Shown here: positions 1 to 12,820 of the stretch, piece after piece
Layout: every line of letters starts with the position of its first letter
Numbering within the stretch: position 1 is the first letter of the stretch
Assembly (NCBI RefSeq): GCF_001194135.2
Contig: NC_068993.1
Span: forward strand, 32,799,129-32,842,382
Direction of reading: 5' to 3'
Source: Octopus bimaculoides
Lineage: Eukaryota
DNA: 43,254 bases
The notes under the pieces: model-generated
What the model was told of the DNA's origin: nothing
The model's database searches: none
Seen by the model: only the letters and a program-made list of their open reading frames with translations
Program-made: the position numbers and the translations under genes

Positions 1-342
1 TCTCAAAAATAACCTGCAGTTGTTTCCTTCAAAATTCCTACATGCTCGAAATGTACATACATCAAGGTATATTTGTAGAAAATTTCACAAAAAAATATTC
101 ATTTTCCTGGAAGCTAAGAGGAATTTAAGTGGAATTTTCGAAAATTGTCCCCCACCTCCTCCAAAAACACTTTCACCGAAAATTTTTGTATATTCGGAAT
201 CTACATAATAAATAATATATGCATAGAAAATTTCATTAAAAAAATATTCATTTTTCTGAAAGTTATGACCTTCCAAAGTCGGGGGGGGGGTACAATCTGT
301 AGTTATGCCGTCAATGTTTTTGTAAATATACCACGATTTTCA

Positions 343-524
343 CTAGGGTGTGAGGGTTGGGATTTTAGGGTCAGGGTTATGGTTTTAGGGTTACGGTTAA
401 GATTTAGGGTTACGGTTACGGTTAGGATTAGTGTTACAATTTTAGGGTCAGGGGGTTAGGGTTTAGGGTTAGTGTTAGAGTTAGAGTTAGGATTAGGTTT
501 TGGGTTTTAGGATTAGGGTTGGGT
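343..524 (+). repeat. Degenerate interstitial telomere-like (TTAGGG)n tract
   Basis: Run of TTAGGG/TTACGG/TTAGAG/TTAGGA/TCAGGG variants over about 180 bp, internal to the window. Confidence 0.85.
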
Positions 525-625
525 AATTGTGCAGGTATTAATCTGAAAAATTACAGAAATGTGAAAACTACCGACGCTGCCATCTATCATAACTTTTGTT
601 GTTCTGTTCAATATATACATAGATT

Positions 626-913
626 ATGCCTCCAAAGAAGAGAGCTTGCTGGGGAAAGAAAGCAACCGGTTTAAAAAGACAGCATCAGACTGCAGCAATT
701 CACCACATTCCAGAAGCTACTTTGAACATAATGCAAAATGGTGCATCAACATCTACTGCCCAATCTGATAGAATTCTGGCAGAACTGTGTAGCAACAGAT
801 CGCCAGCAATTGCTTCATCAGAAATTGCCGTCCTAGCTCCTGCTAAAAGGGATTACCCTGCTATGTATAATCAGGGCAGCGCAAGAAGTTGTTTTGCACA
901 AGCATTTGTATAG
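626..913 (+). other. 95-aa ATG ORF of unknown nature (possible TE-derived fragment)
   Basis: MPPKKRACWGKK basic N-terminus; lies in CpG-retaining DNA next to the telomere-like tract; no recognisable domain. Confidence 0.2.
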
Positions 914-1424
914 CCAATTAGACAAATGAAATTTACGTACGCTTAATACTGTTGCGCAAAACAGCCTTCAGACTTTCCCTATTAATTTCATCGTCTTTTG
1001 AATTATGAACATATTTACATCATAAAGGTTTTTTCGTTGCAACGATTTCTTTTTTAGTTGATTTGCACCTAGCAAGACTTATCGTAGATGGCGTAATAAG
1101 TCACACCCAGACAACGTCAGGTTATACTGCTAAATATTTGTAGTGTTGGTTTATGTTACTGGAAAAACCAGCATTCTCATTATCTTGAATACCCACTAAT
1201 AAAAGCAAAACACCATTACTGTAGTTTCAATTAGAAGATGAGACAAAGAAAGTCTGGTAACTTTAATGTATTATAAATGTTACTGTTCCACATAAAACAT
1301 TAATGAGGAATTGAAAAAAAAAATTATAAATAAAAATAAACTCACACATAGATATGTCTTAAATATAACCTACATACATATATAATCATCTGCTATTCTA
1401 TGTTGACATACACACACAACCACT

Positions 1425-1620
1425 ACCATCATCATCATTTAACATGGGCTTAATGGCTTGACAGGATATGGCAAACAACAGGGCTATGTTGAGCTCCAGT
1501 GTCAGCTTTGGCATGATTTCTATGGTTGGATGCCCTTCCTAATATCAACCACTCTACTGTGTGTACAGGGTCCTTTTTCTTCATGCCACCACCACTAATG
1601 AAGTTGCCAAGTAATTTATG
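1425..1620 (-). mobile_element. SINE/RTE-type 3' tail repeat ending in (GAT)n
   Basis: catcatcattt aac...ggatgcccttcctaat..aaccac motif shared with many other copies in the window. Confidence 0.7.
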
Positions 1621-2846
1621 AAAGACAGCCGACTTGAGCAGGATTTGAACTCAGAAAATAGAGGGACGTAATCAAATACAAGCCATTTTATCCAACACTA
1701 TCAAGTCTGTCGAGTATTGTACAACATTATTAATTGATTTCACAACCTCAATCAATTAATTCAGATGTATTTGTACCATCATCATTACTTTAACATCAGG
1801 CTTTCTATGCTTGCAGGGGCCAATTCATTGAGCAGATTTTCTATGGCCAGATGCCATTCCTGTCACCAATTTTCACCTGTTTCCCCACAACAGATATGTT
1901 TTTATGGAAAATTAGAAGTGAGCAACAATGCTTCTATGACAGCGATGCTCATTGACAACTATCACATGATGTAAAGGCAAAGGGACACACTCACACAATG
2001 AGCTTCTTTCAGTTTCTGTCAACTAAATCCACTCAAAAGGCTTTTGTTAGTCAGGGGCGCTGGGGAGACTGAACCCCAGATCATGCAGTTGAGAAGCAAA
2101 CTTTTTAGCTATACAGCCATACCTGTGTTTATCGATAATTTTTAAAAGTATCTTTTTAATTAAATTTATCAAACAGATGTTTGTCGTAGAGGGTTTTTTA
2201 GTAAGACAGAGCAGGGAAATGGTAGAGTCACTAGAGTTTCAAACAGAATGCATTCTGGTATTTGCTCTGAGTCTGTACTTTGAGTGCAGACTCCACCAAG
2301 GTCAACTTTGCTTTGCATCCTTTTTGGGGTTGATAAAAATGCACCAATCTTGAATGGATGGATGGTGAGTGGGCAAAACTACAGTCAAATACCTTACAAA
2401 ATGTTTTCCAGTTCTTTGCAATCAGAGTTCAAATCCCATCTTGTCCTACTTGTGTGATAGAGTTAATCTGTCATTCAGTTTAAAACCAACACCTGGCAAC
2501 CTGTGAACCTTTAATGGAGTTTTTTCAGTTGTAAGCACTCAGGCCATGTCACTGATTTGAGGATACTTTCTTCCCACCAATCTTAAAGGCCTTGTAAAGA
2601 GTCACAAGCATGGCTTTCCTTCCCGACTAAAAGAATAAAAGCAAATTTTTAACCTTGTTTAAATTTCACATTATTCCTCATGAAGATAGCACCAAACTTC
2701 TCTTTCAGGAAGAATTACTAGCTTCATTTAAATTTGTGAGAAGTTCCTATATCTTCACCCTAACAAATCTGTTAAGTATTCAAAAAAAAAAAATGAAAAC
2801 TGATAGAGACATAAAAGCTGTCATCAGAAAGCAAATAGATGCTTAC

Positions 2847-2955
2847 CTCCTGGTTCACAATATTTATTATGTCGCCAATACACGTAAGCAGCAATGAAAC
2901 AACATGATATGTTGAATGCAAATAAGCTAAATTTGGTTGAATAAGATTTCCTTTC
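2847..2955 (-). CDS. PGAP2: PGAP2 internal coding exon (ERKSYSTKFSLFAFNISCCFIAAYVYWRHNKYCEPG)
   Basis: ttctattctAG acceptor, G|GTAAGC donor, 109 bp phase 0 to 1; matches vertebrate PGAP2 DRKSYSWK...VYFRHNMYCEAG. Confidence 0.95.
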
Positions 2956-3078
2956 CTAGAATAGAAAACAAAAATAACAAGCCTGAATGGTTATAGAATG
3001 TTTTATAAAAATTCATTTTAATGCAATTGTGTAAATTGACAAATATATAACAATACATCTTGGTAGAGTCAATAAACC

Positions 3079-3115
<37 letters not shown>

Positions 3116-3475
3116 ACATTACATTTTATTATTGTTTTGTATTAACAATATTATTTCATGTATAACTTAATTTCAAAGTCTTTCATCATTTCTTTCACTT
3201 GGATAATTATGGTGGCCAGACATAGCAACCAAATCTCCCTCATACCACTTTATGCATGACTGGCATGAGAGTGATCTTCGACCAAGTTACATCACAGAAT
3301 AGAAACATTTGTAATGTCAAGTGACAACCACACATTACATGACAAGTTCTTGTGTACATTGTTTACATGTCTGTACAACTTTAATACTCAGTTGTATTAA
3401 CTAAATCAGTCACAAAAACTTTCTGTTATATATTTGATCATGTGACCCACTGATGGTTATAGATTGACAGTTTAA

Positions 3476-3692
3476 CCCCTCAGCATCTAAACTGGTCATA
3501 TCTGGCCAAAATATTCTACCTGTTTTATGTTCAAACTAGCCAGATTCAGCCTCTTACACCTACCCTAGAATGTCATTCTAAAAATAAATAATCACATCAA
3601 GATCTCAAAGCTGTGAGATAATGCATGGCTAATTGGAAACAATGTGAATATATAAGGATTACATCTGGCAGAGCAATCTGAATGCTAAAGGG
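3476..3692. mobile_element. piggyBac-type MITE
   Basis: TTAA on both sides (3472-3475, 3693-3696), CCC...GGG termini, TIR CCCYTYAGCAT / ATGCTAAAGGG; related copies at about 10368-10575 and 16824-17032. Confidence 0.8.
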
Positions 3693-3899
3693 TTAAAACT
3701 GGAAGCACATTAAAATGAAAACAAAAGAAAATAAAAGACAAATAGTAATAAGACAGATAGCAGTGTAGCATGTTCAAATAAAATTTTTTAAAATCTCATT
3801 CAAAACAAAAACAAAAAAACTTATATGGTAAACAGGTTTGGAAAATCGGGAGAGAATGTAGAAAAAGGGAACATTACCAAATGGCTAGAAAATCAGCCA

Positions 3900-6130
3900 G
3901 GTGATAGGTATATTTAGTCAAGGGTAAAACAGAGAAGAGGAGATTTGTACATGCCTTGCAATGTGAAGCTGAGAGGCATGAGGTGTTCAGGATTGCAAGA
4001 CAGTGTGCGGGAGAAAACCAAGAGGTCATTGGTGAGAAGAGCATTCAGAATGACGAGTCTGTTGAATATGGAGAATGCATGGGATAAAAAGGAACTACTT
4101 TGTGCTGATCTTACAGAGGGTAAGCAAATCAGGTTGAGAGCAGCATGGAAGATAAGGTGATCAAGAACAGGAAGAGAGGGAAAACTGCAGGCCCATTAGG
4201 GATAGTTGCAGAGATGTTCAAAAAATCTGGTGAGATAGGATACAGGATTACCCCCACATAGTTAATCAAGTTACACAAGGAGTCATACCCAATAACCGGC
4301 ATAGTAGTATCATCATAAACTGCTACAAAGGCAATGCCATAGAGAAAAGCAGCTACAGAGGAATCAAACTACTGGATCTGGTTATGAGAGTCACAGAGAG
4401 AGTCATAGCACAACTGATTCATGACAAGGTAGTTATAGATGAGATGCAATTTTGGTTTTGTGCTGGGAAAAGGTACAACTGATGCAATTATCCTAATGAA
4501 GCAAAAAAAAAAAACTGCAGGGGAAATACTTAGCTAAGAGTAAACCATTATTCCTGGCTTTTGTTGACTTGGACAAAGCATTTGACAGGATACCATCCAT
4601 ATACAGTAATCTTGCAGCCACTAAGGAAACTAGGTATCGATAAATGACTTATGAAAGCTATACAGGCTATGTACAAAGTTGCTGTAAGTAAAGCGAGAGT
4701 CAACAACTTCAGTGATGAATTTAATAAGATTGGAGTTCATCAAGGCTCAGTCTTTAGTGCATTCTCATATATCATAGTCCTATATTTTGATGATCTATTT
4801 CTCATAGCTTGATTTATAAGAGAATCAGAGAGGAAATCCTGGGCATAGAAGCTAAGTCTAGAATCAAGAGGCTTTAATATAAACTTAGCAAAGATGAAAT
4901 AAATAAGAAAGACTAACAGGAAACATAAGCTTCATATGTGATAGATGCACTAAAGAAGTATGTACAGCAAACACACTGGAAACTGAAAGCCTGAATGGCT
5001 CAACAGAAGTAGTCGATAGATTTTGTTATTTTGGAGATGTATTTAGCAAGGGAGGTGGTTGCTCCAAAAGTATAGCAACCAGAGTATGAACAGGTTAGAG
5101 AAAGTTCAGAGAGCTATTAACCACTGTTGGCAACAAAAATCTTTTCCTACAGAGTGAAAAGCAGATTGTATGATGCATATGTTAGAACTGGAATGCTGCA
5201 CAGTAGTGAAGCATGTGCCTTAAATGCAGAGGACTTGAGAAGACTAATAAGAAATGAAATGAGCATGTTCTGTTGGATAAGCAATGATAGTGTGCATGAA
5301 CAATATAGTATAAATGTACCGAGAGAAAAGTTAGGCATAAGAGTTATCACTTGTAATGTTACTTGCTGTCCGTCAATGTTGACAATGACATTGTCCTCTA
5401 GGAGTGAGTTTTATCTTACATTTTGTGAGTTGATTGATGTGAAAATAGTTCTATTCTGGAAACGCATGTCCTTGACAAGGGAGGTTGCCCATTATGTTGT
5501 TGGTGAGTTTGAGATGACATTGACATCTCTTTTATTCAAGTTTCTGACATTGGATTATTTCAAAGCATGCAGCTCCTTCATTACAAAGGAGCACCAGGTT
5601 TGCCAGTTCCGAACGAAGTATTCAAGTTGTGCCAGTTGAATGTTGCAAGATTTGAGAACAAGCTTAAGATAGTCCCTGTGAGGAAGCTAGAGTCATTTCA
5701 CATCCTTTGTCTCCAGTGAATTTTACATATTACTTGGAAAGATAAGGTCCCTCACACAGAAATTCTCCAGCAAGCAGGAATCTCCAGCATTGAAGCCAAC
5801 ATCCAACGCCATCTTCCAAGATGGGTTGGCCACATTATCAGAATGCCTGACAAATGTCTCCTGAAAATGGTTTTCTTCAGAGAGCTTTCAACCATTGTTT
5901 GCCCACACAGGGGTTTTTCTAATATGCAAGAAAGACGATTGCAATGATATGGACAGCTGTATAAAGTGTTAATCCCTTAATGTGGTTGGAGTTTGTGGAA
6001 GAGGGAGACCCAGGAAAATATAGGATGATGTGGTGAAGACTCACCTCAGGACCCTCAGCCCCACAGGGGAGATGACAAAGGACAGGGCTGTCTGGCAATA
6101 TGAGGTTCTAGAGAAAACCCACTCACCTCA
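3900..6130 (+). mobile_element. Decayed RTE-clade LINE (RT region to 3' end), interrupted by a nested RTE at 5349-5913
   Basis: Frameshifted RT motifs GPLGIVAEMFK, YRGIKLLD, AFVDLDKAFD, GVHQGSV, RLYDAYVRTGMLHSSE; host sequence resumes at about 5914 and is collinear with the 30845-31920 copy; pyrimidine-rich 3' UTR-like DNA to about 6630. Confidence 0.9.
5349..5913 (-). mobile_element. Second RTE family (BovB-like C-terminus), 5'-truncated, with inverted 5' segment
   Basis: Minus 5680-5349 reads HRDYLKLVLKSCNIQ...NWQTW then 3' UTR; plus 5678-5913 reads VRKLESFHILCLQ*ILHITWKDKVPHTEIL...RWVGHIIRMPD...FFRELS. Confidence 0.8.
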
Positions 6131-6639
6131 TCAAAAGTAAGTTCTGGAAGCACTGTATTTATTGCACTCTTCACCCACATGTTACAGTTTCCCACCACCA
6201 CCACTGAACCAAACTACCTCTCATCATGCCTAACTATCCCCTGCTGCTGCAACCTACCCCACCTTATTTCTTATTACTCTCTTGCCACTCCTCCACCTTG
6301 CTCTCCTCTGCATCCTTCTACCTTGCCCAACTCTTGACTGTGATATCACCTTTCAATCCTACCCATTTTTACAGTTGTAAGCTGACTCTTTATCCCCTCC
6401 TCTCCTGTTTCCTATAAAATCTTGCAAACCCCCACCCTGCTGACTTCTATTCCTCTCATAGATTGTGGGGATCACCTGGACACCTCGTCGTTACTATCAC
6501 AGTTCCTACTGCTCATTCTCACTCTCCTCTACTTAATGTGAGTAGCCATGCAGCTCTTCTAAAAGAATCAGTCTTGTCACTCACTTCTCACATACTTTAA
6601 CCCATCATCTCCTAGCATAAAGCTGACTTCACTTAGTTA

Positions 6640-6862
6640 ATAGACTTACAATTCGCATGGCAACCTCACTAGTGCTGGTGGCACAAACAAAAATCATTCA
6701 AGACATGCTGTAAAGTGGTTGGCATTAGGAAGGGCATCCAGCCCCAGAAACATGCTAAAGCAAACACTTGAACATGATGCAGTCCTTGGACAGCTTTAGA
6801 TCTTGTCAAACTATCCAACCCATGCCAACATGGATGCTAAATGATGATGATGATGATGATGA
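6640..6862 (+). mobile_element. SINE/RTE-type 3' tail with (GAT)n end
   Basis: gtggttggcattaggaagggcatccagc...aacccatgccaacatgga...aaatgatgatgatgat. Confidence 0.75.
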
Positions 6863-7019
6863 GACCTTTCTAATGGGGCTGATTTACTCAAATTCATTCA
6901 TAGAATAAAAGTTTAATACAATAACGATTTTCTGTTTTACCAATTCCTGTTGAGTATTTTTGATAGTTCAAACTATTTTATAATTGCAAATGAAACAGGG
7001 TGGTTAAAACCTGTAGTGA

Positions 7020-7740
7020 TCAGTGCTGATGGGGTTTCTTCAATATCAGGAAAATACAAAAGACTGGAGGCTCATTATTAAAGCTATGATACTAAGTGTC
7101 AAATGGACATTGCTGCAGACATGAAGAATTGATAGCAAGGTACCAAGCAAAGTTGAAAATGATACTGGATGAGGCAGTGAATCTAGTTCATTTTATTTAT
7201 ATCCTTTAAATTGCCATATTTTTAGTGTTTGTTGCAGGATATGTGCAGTACTTCCGAACACATAATCTCAGGTGGTTAGGTGCTTACTTGCATACTTGAG
7301 TAACATGATGAAATACAATATTTCTTCATAAATTATTCCATGGTAGTGAATATCTCAATTTTTTTAGGGCTAACTACTAAGGTTTACATGTCTCACATTT
7401 TTACATATTTGAATAGCCTAAATTAGAATCTTGAAGGTAGATTCCTAAGTATTTTTAAGGCTGAAGTAGAAGACATGGTCAGGAAATTAGATTTGTGGTT
7501 GAAAGTCAGTCAAAAAAGTCTTTGAATACATTCTGGACATTCTGTGACTTTTTTGCAAAGTCTAACCTCTCATAAGAAATAAGAAACCTTTAAAATCAAT
7601 TTTTGCAAAATTTAAAGGACAATTTTAAGGATTATTTTTCCACTTCTTGATACCAATAATAAGTGAATTAGGGATAGATTTCAGGTAGTTGTAAATATAA
7701 AATATTTAACTTCAAATGAAGAAAACAAACTTTAATGTTT
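7020..7740 (+). pseudogene. hAT (Charlie/SPIN/ZBED-like) transposase relic
   Basis: Degenerate peptides ADGVSSISGKY..., VKWT(H)C, LNCHIF, LRWL resemble the TDGAxAMxG / KWTHCxxHREAL / EVRWLS blocks of this family; many stops and frameshifts. Confidence 0.65.
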
Positions 7741-7916
7741 TTTTGAGAAACCTCACTGAGGTTAGACTTCATTCAGTATGGTTTCTCAAACTTTTAGTTA
7801 CCTGCAAAAAGCACTGAGATATTTAATGCTATTCCTCACTACATATTAATATGAGCACACTTTCCCTTAGCTGTTTTATATAATACAAGATTAACAATGT
7901 TAATAATAATCCTTTC

Positions 7917-8125
7917 TAACATAGGCGCAAGGCCTAAAATTCTGGGGGAGGGGGCAAGTTGATTACATGGATCCCAGGGTTCAACAAATACTTATTTTAT
8001 CAACCCTGAAAGGATAAAAAGTAAAGTCAACCTTAGCAGAATTTGAACTCAAGACATAAAGACAGATGAAACGCTGCTAAGCAATTTGCCCAGCATGCTA
8101 ATAATTCTGCCAGCTTGCCACCTTT
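7917..8125 (-). mobile_element. tRNA-derived SINE, CpG-decayed copy
   Basis: Reverse complement gives aagg..gagctggcaga head, B-box-like gagttcaaattc, ctttcatcctttc.gggt.gataaa core; related copies at about 2215-2400, 8600-8800, 12940-13155, 13190-13420, 32790-32990, 33415-33602. Confidence 0.8.
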
Positions 8126-9731
8126 ACTAATAGTGATGATGATGATGAGGAGCATATTGAATACGGAGTTCAGGTGCACTACAACTGCTCTGAAAACAGT
8201 AAAGGAGAGGACAGAAAGCAGAATTTGGAAACTGCTTAAACCAGTTGGCCATTGAATTTGAAATGTGGAATACAGAATCAAAAACAGCATCAACCAGCTC
8301 ATTAAACAAGTGTCTTTTGTTTTGATTTTTTATATCTATTTAATTGCATATCCAGTATCCAGTTATATATTTATATCTTTCAACTAAGGGATGAAACAGG
8401 AAAAACAAGTTTGTTTGAAGTTGATAAAACTGGTTCACTGAGCCAACAGACATTTCAGAAGCCTGGAAGCTCATGGGGAAAATTCATTAAAAAGGGTTTT
8501 TGAGGGAAAAGGTTCATAGTTACTGATCACATTGTTCTGTTCACAAGCAAACCTTCAAAAAGGTGGACATACAAGGCTGCAATTAGACTAAAAAATATAA
8601 GACCAGATGATAGTGCATTGGCAGAACTGTTAGAGCATCAAACAAAATACCTTGTATTTAGCTTGGAAGTTTATGTTCTGAGTTCAAATCCTGCTGAGAT
8701 CAACTTCACCCTTCTAAGATTATTAAGTACTAGATAAATACTGGGAATCAATTTAATCAACTCACTCTTCCCCACAAAATATGTGACTTGTTTATGCTAG
8801 AAATTATCATCATCATTGAAAGATAGGTCTATGAATTCTCTTCTGCCACATTCCTAGTCATAACAACTTTTCCAAGCCTCTCTTTAACAACAGTTAAGTA
8901 CCAAAGAGCAAAAAATATTTTTTTTAAATCTAGAATAAAAACATACTACACATAAAAAATGTTGTTGAATACCATCATCTTTTAACATCCACTTTTTCGT
9001 GCTCACATGGGTCTGGCAGAAATTACTGAGATAGATTTTCTATGGTTGAATGTCCTTAGTCGCCAACCCTCACTTGTTTCCAAGTAAACTAATATTTTGC
9101 CATGGCCAGATATGTTTTCTACAGAAGATTACAAACTAATGGTACCACATGTATAACAGTGAAGCTCATTTACAATTATCATGTGCGATCAAGATACAAA
9201 CATGCACACACCCATACATATAGATGGACAGATAGACAGATATATATCATACATCATTTAATGTCAATTTTTTATGCTGGCATGGGTTGACGGTTTGATT
9301 GAGACTGGTAACCCAGATAGCAGCACCAGGATCCTACAGCTGGATACCCTTCCTAATGTCAACTACTTTACAGAGTGTACTGAGTGTTTTTTCTGTCTCA
9401 CCAGCAGGGGTGCTTTTTACATGTCATCATGTACTGACAATGACCACGATTCACTAAGCTTGGCATTACTTCTCAAGCAATGCATACACACATACAACTA
9501 AGCTATAATAAAAGACACTTGCTCAAGGTGTTATACAGTGCAACTGAACCTGCAACCATGTGGCTGGAAAGCAAACTTCTCAACCATACACCCAAATCCA
9601 TACCTATCATTATTTTATATTTTTCTGACTTTTATTCCCAATTTTGTTTGCCTAAAAAAAAATCTTCAAGTTATTTATTAAAATAAGAATTTCCTTTATT
9701 TACTTAAATTAATATAAAACAAGGTCCTTAC

Positions 9732-9847
9732 TCTTGAAGTCATCTTCCTGCCATCATATGTACGGCCCCATTTCACTAGAATTATAGTGAACAGCATATA
9801 AAACAAAGAAGATACAAGAAATGTGATGAAGAACTTTTCATGGGCAT
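9732..9847 (-). CDS. PGAP2: PGAP2 internal coding exon ((Y)AHEKFFITFLVSSLFYMLFTIILVKWGRTYDGRKMTSR)
   Basis: ttttttcAG acceptor, AGA|GTAAGG donor, 116 bp phase 1 to 0; aligns to vertebrate [23 protein letters not shown]. Confidence 0.95.
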
Positions 9848-10217
9848 CTGAAAAAAAAAATAAAAAAGCAAAAAAAGTGAGTATAAAATTAAATCTTGAA
9901 TATTCTTTTATTTTAAAATTCTTAAAGTTAACTGCATTATTTTTATGCATACACACACAGACATTTAGGAATTATACATTACAACAGTGTTGTTTCAATA
10001 CATAGACATATCTTTCCAAGGATAATACTCCTGCCTTTAAAAAAGATATGAGGATCCACAAATGAACTTAACACCTACAATATCATTATTCTATGAATAT
10101 ATTGAATTCTTTGTTATAGCTGTTCCACATTTACTATATGTATGCCTCGCCCTCTGTGTGTGTGCGTGTGTGTGTGTATATATGTATATATATATATATA
10201 TATATGTATATATAGAA

Positions 10218-10252
<35 letters not shown>

Positions 10253-10367
10253 TACACAAACATACACACAGTGACATCATTTAATATCAAGACAAGAACA
10301 AAGCCATGGTTACATCTGTTTCCACAATCCCAATACAAACTATGAAGAGAAAGCGAGAACAGTTTAG

Positions 10368-10575
10368 CCCTTTAGCATTTTATCCAGCCAAATCCAGCCC
10401 AAATATTCTACCTGTTTTATGTTAGGACTGACCAGATACAACCTTTCACACCTACCCTACAATGTCATTCTCAAAATATACAAATATACTATTGAAATCT
10501 TGAAGCTACAAGATAACATATGATTAATTCAAAATGATGTGAATAAATAAGCAATACATTTGACAAGGAAATTTG
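10368..10575. mobile_element. piggyBac-type MITE, one end damaged
   Basis: ccctttagcatt start and internal sequence collinear with 3476-3692. Confidence 0.7.
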
Positions 10576-10924
10576 AAGTCCCAGTCAACTGGGATTTCAA
10601 ATTTTACCTATTGGCTAATTCAACCCAGTCAACTAGATCTGCACAATAGATTTGACTCTCCTTTCAGTAGTGAATCACCTTATCAGATGCACCAGCATGT
10701 AATAATAATAAAGAAGGCAGTAAAGTGGATGAAAACAAGACAAGATGAAAATGGTGTAATAATAATGATGGAACGAATATGAAAATAAAATAATAGCTTT
10801 CAAAAGAACAGCAGCCATAAATCTTCAAAATCTTCACACAAATCAATCATTAACAAAAACAAACAATTGTCAGATAATAAAACATTATCATCATTGTAGT
10901 AATTATCAAAAAGTGTGTACTTAC

Positions 10925-11183
10925 AGTGGTTTTCATTTGATGCTACATAAGTGAGACCTAATAAAGCTAAATTTTCAATTATGTGCAACACACATGCAAC
11001 AGCTGCTAAATGTCCGTACAGTTTGTTCTTCTCAGCCAGCCTGACAGACATGTGGAAGTTATAATATGTAAATGCTACTAAGAAGCGAGGAGCACAATGA
11101 AGGCCAATACATGCCCGCCACACATATCGTTGAGGAGTAAAACCACCAATAGCTGCACTGATAGAAGGCAAGTAGTTGGGAAC
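10925..11183 (-). CDS. PGAP2: PGAP2 internal coding exon ([38 protein letters not shown]...IIENLALLGLTYVASNENH)
   Basis: tttttAG acceptor, T|GTAAGT donor, 259 bp phase 0 to 1; very close to vertebrate [38 protein letters not shown]...VENLALLVLTYVSS. Confidence 0.97.
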
Positions 11184-11479
11184 CTAAAAAGAAAAAAATA
11201 GAATTAAAAAACAATTTAATCATGTAAGGTAATTATATATATTTTTTTTTATTCTTTCATTTGTTTCAATCATTTAACTGTGGCCATGCTGGAGCACCGC
11301 CTTTATATATAGAACATAAGGGCACCCAACAATAAAATATATACAGTATCATCATCATTTAACATCCATTTTCCATGCTGGTATGAGTTGGAGAGTTTGA
11401 CAGGAGCTGTCTGTTTTGGCATGGTTTCTATATAAAATAGAAATTGCAAACAAGAGACTCCAACTAACAACACAAGAAG

Positions 11480-11990
11480 AACCAAACATTCCTAAGATGT
11501 TACCATCCTGTTCTTCCTCTTCTTAAGACACACCACCTTGTTCTTCCTCTATGCTGTTTGTTTCACCAACTCCATTTTTCCATCCATGGTCACAATATTT
11601 TACAACAGCCAACACAAACAAGAAAACCATTTGCTAACTGCAGTTATGTAGCTGCAACATACAGATGACAGGTACAGGTGCAACAGCTGGCCAGCATCCA
11701 AAAAATGTTGACTGTTCTCATAGCTGGCTGCATCAATTATCACAGTTCACCAACTTCTTCAATTTGAATTCCACCTCTGACCACTTGGTACTGTGTGGGG
11801 GATGGAACATGCCCACATCATCGGTGGCTGCCAGTTCAATATTTAGCTGATCACTTGAGATCATTACCTATGTGTAATCCATCACCATACATTAGTGGCT
11901 TCCATCAGGATAGAAGCACAAACTGGGCGCAGTGTAATGCACCAGTGTATTTATGGAGACTGCAATACACAGCTTCCTTTTACTAAAGGT
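11480..11990 (-). pseudogene. RTE LINE endonuclease-region relic
   Basis: Reverse strand gives a decayed APE endonuclease stretch; heavily mutated. Confidence 0.5.
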
Positions 11991-11999
11991 AATATCATT

Positions 12000-12820
12000 C
12001 CACCAGCACCCATACATACATACATACATACATACACACACTACATACATGCATAGTCATGCAACATATACTTCTGCATACATACATACACTCATGTACA
12101 CATATGCACTCATGCATACACACAGACTTACATAGACACACATGCTCACATATCCATGAATATACACTAAATAAAAAATTGACTGGCATGTTTATTTATA
12201 CTCTGATACACATAAACACTTTTGTACACCATGAATATAGTACACACACATGCATATATACACAGACACACACAAACATATATCCACACACACATACACA
12301 GGTTTTTAGGCAATAGAGAAGCTAAGCAAGTGCAGACTGCAGTACACTGCGTCAGATATTATTGATGTAGCAATAAATATAACAGTTGAGAACTGAAGAC
12401 GAGAAATATTATTGGATTCACACATTTCTATTTCTGTTAAAAATTACACTGCAGGAATAACAGCAGCAAAAACAATAACATCAATATACGCACATGTAGG
12501 AATGTGCGTGTGTGTGTTGTGTGTGTGTGTGTGTGTGAAAGAATGTANNNNNNNNNNNNNNNNNNNNNNNNNNNNNNNNNNNNNNNNNNNNNNNNNNNNN
12601 NNNNNNNNNNNNNNNNNNNNNNNNNNNNNNNNNNNNNNNNNNNNNNNNNNNNNNNNNNNNNNNNNNNNNNNNNNNNNNNNNNNNNNNNNNNNNNNNNNNN
12701 NNNNNNNNNNNNNNNNNNNNNNNNNGTGTGTGTGTGTGTGTGTGTGTGCATGTATGTACATATATATATATGTATGTATGTATACGCACACACATTCATA
12801 CACACACATACATGAATGCA
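12000..12820. repeat. (CA)n/(TACA)n/(TG)n low-complexity block with assembly gap 12548-12725
   Basis: Direct reading; source of several spurious ORFs. Confidence 0.95.

Noticed and set aside
343-524. True telomere or chromosome end
   Set aside because: Short, degenerate and flanked on both sides by ordinary sequence
5127-5639. 170-aa ORF as a host gene
   Set aside because: Chimera of host RTE sequence read through into the antisense strand of the nested RTE
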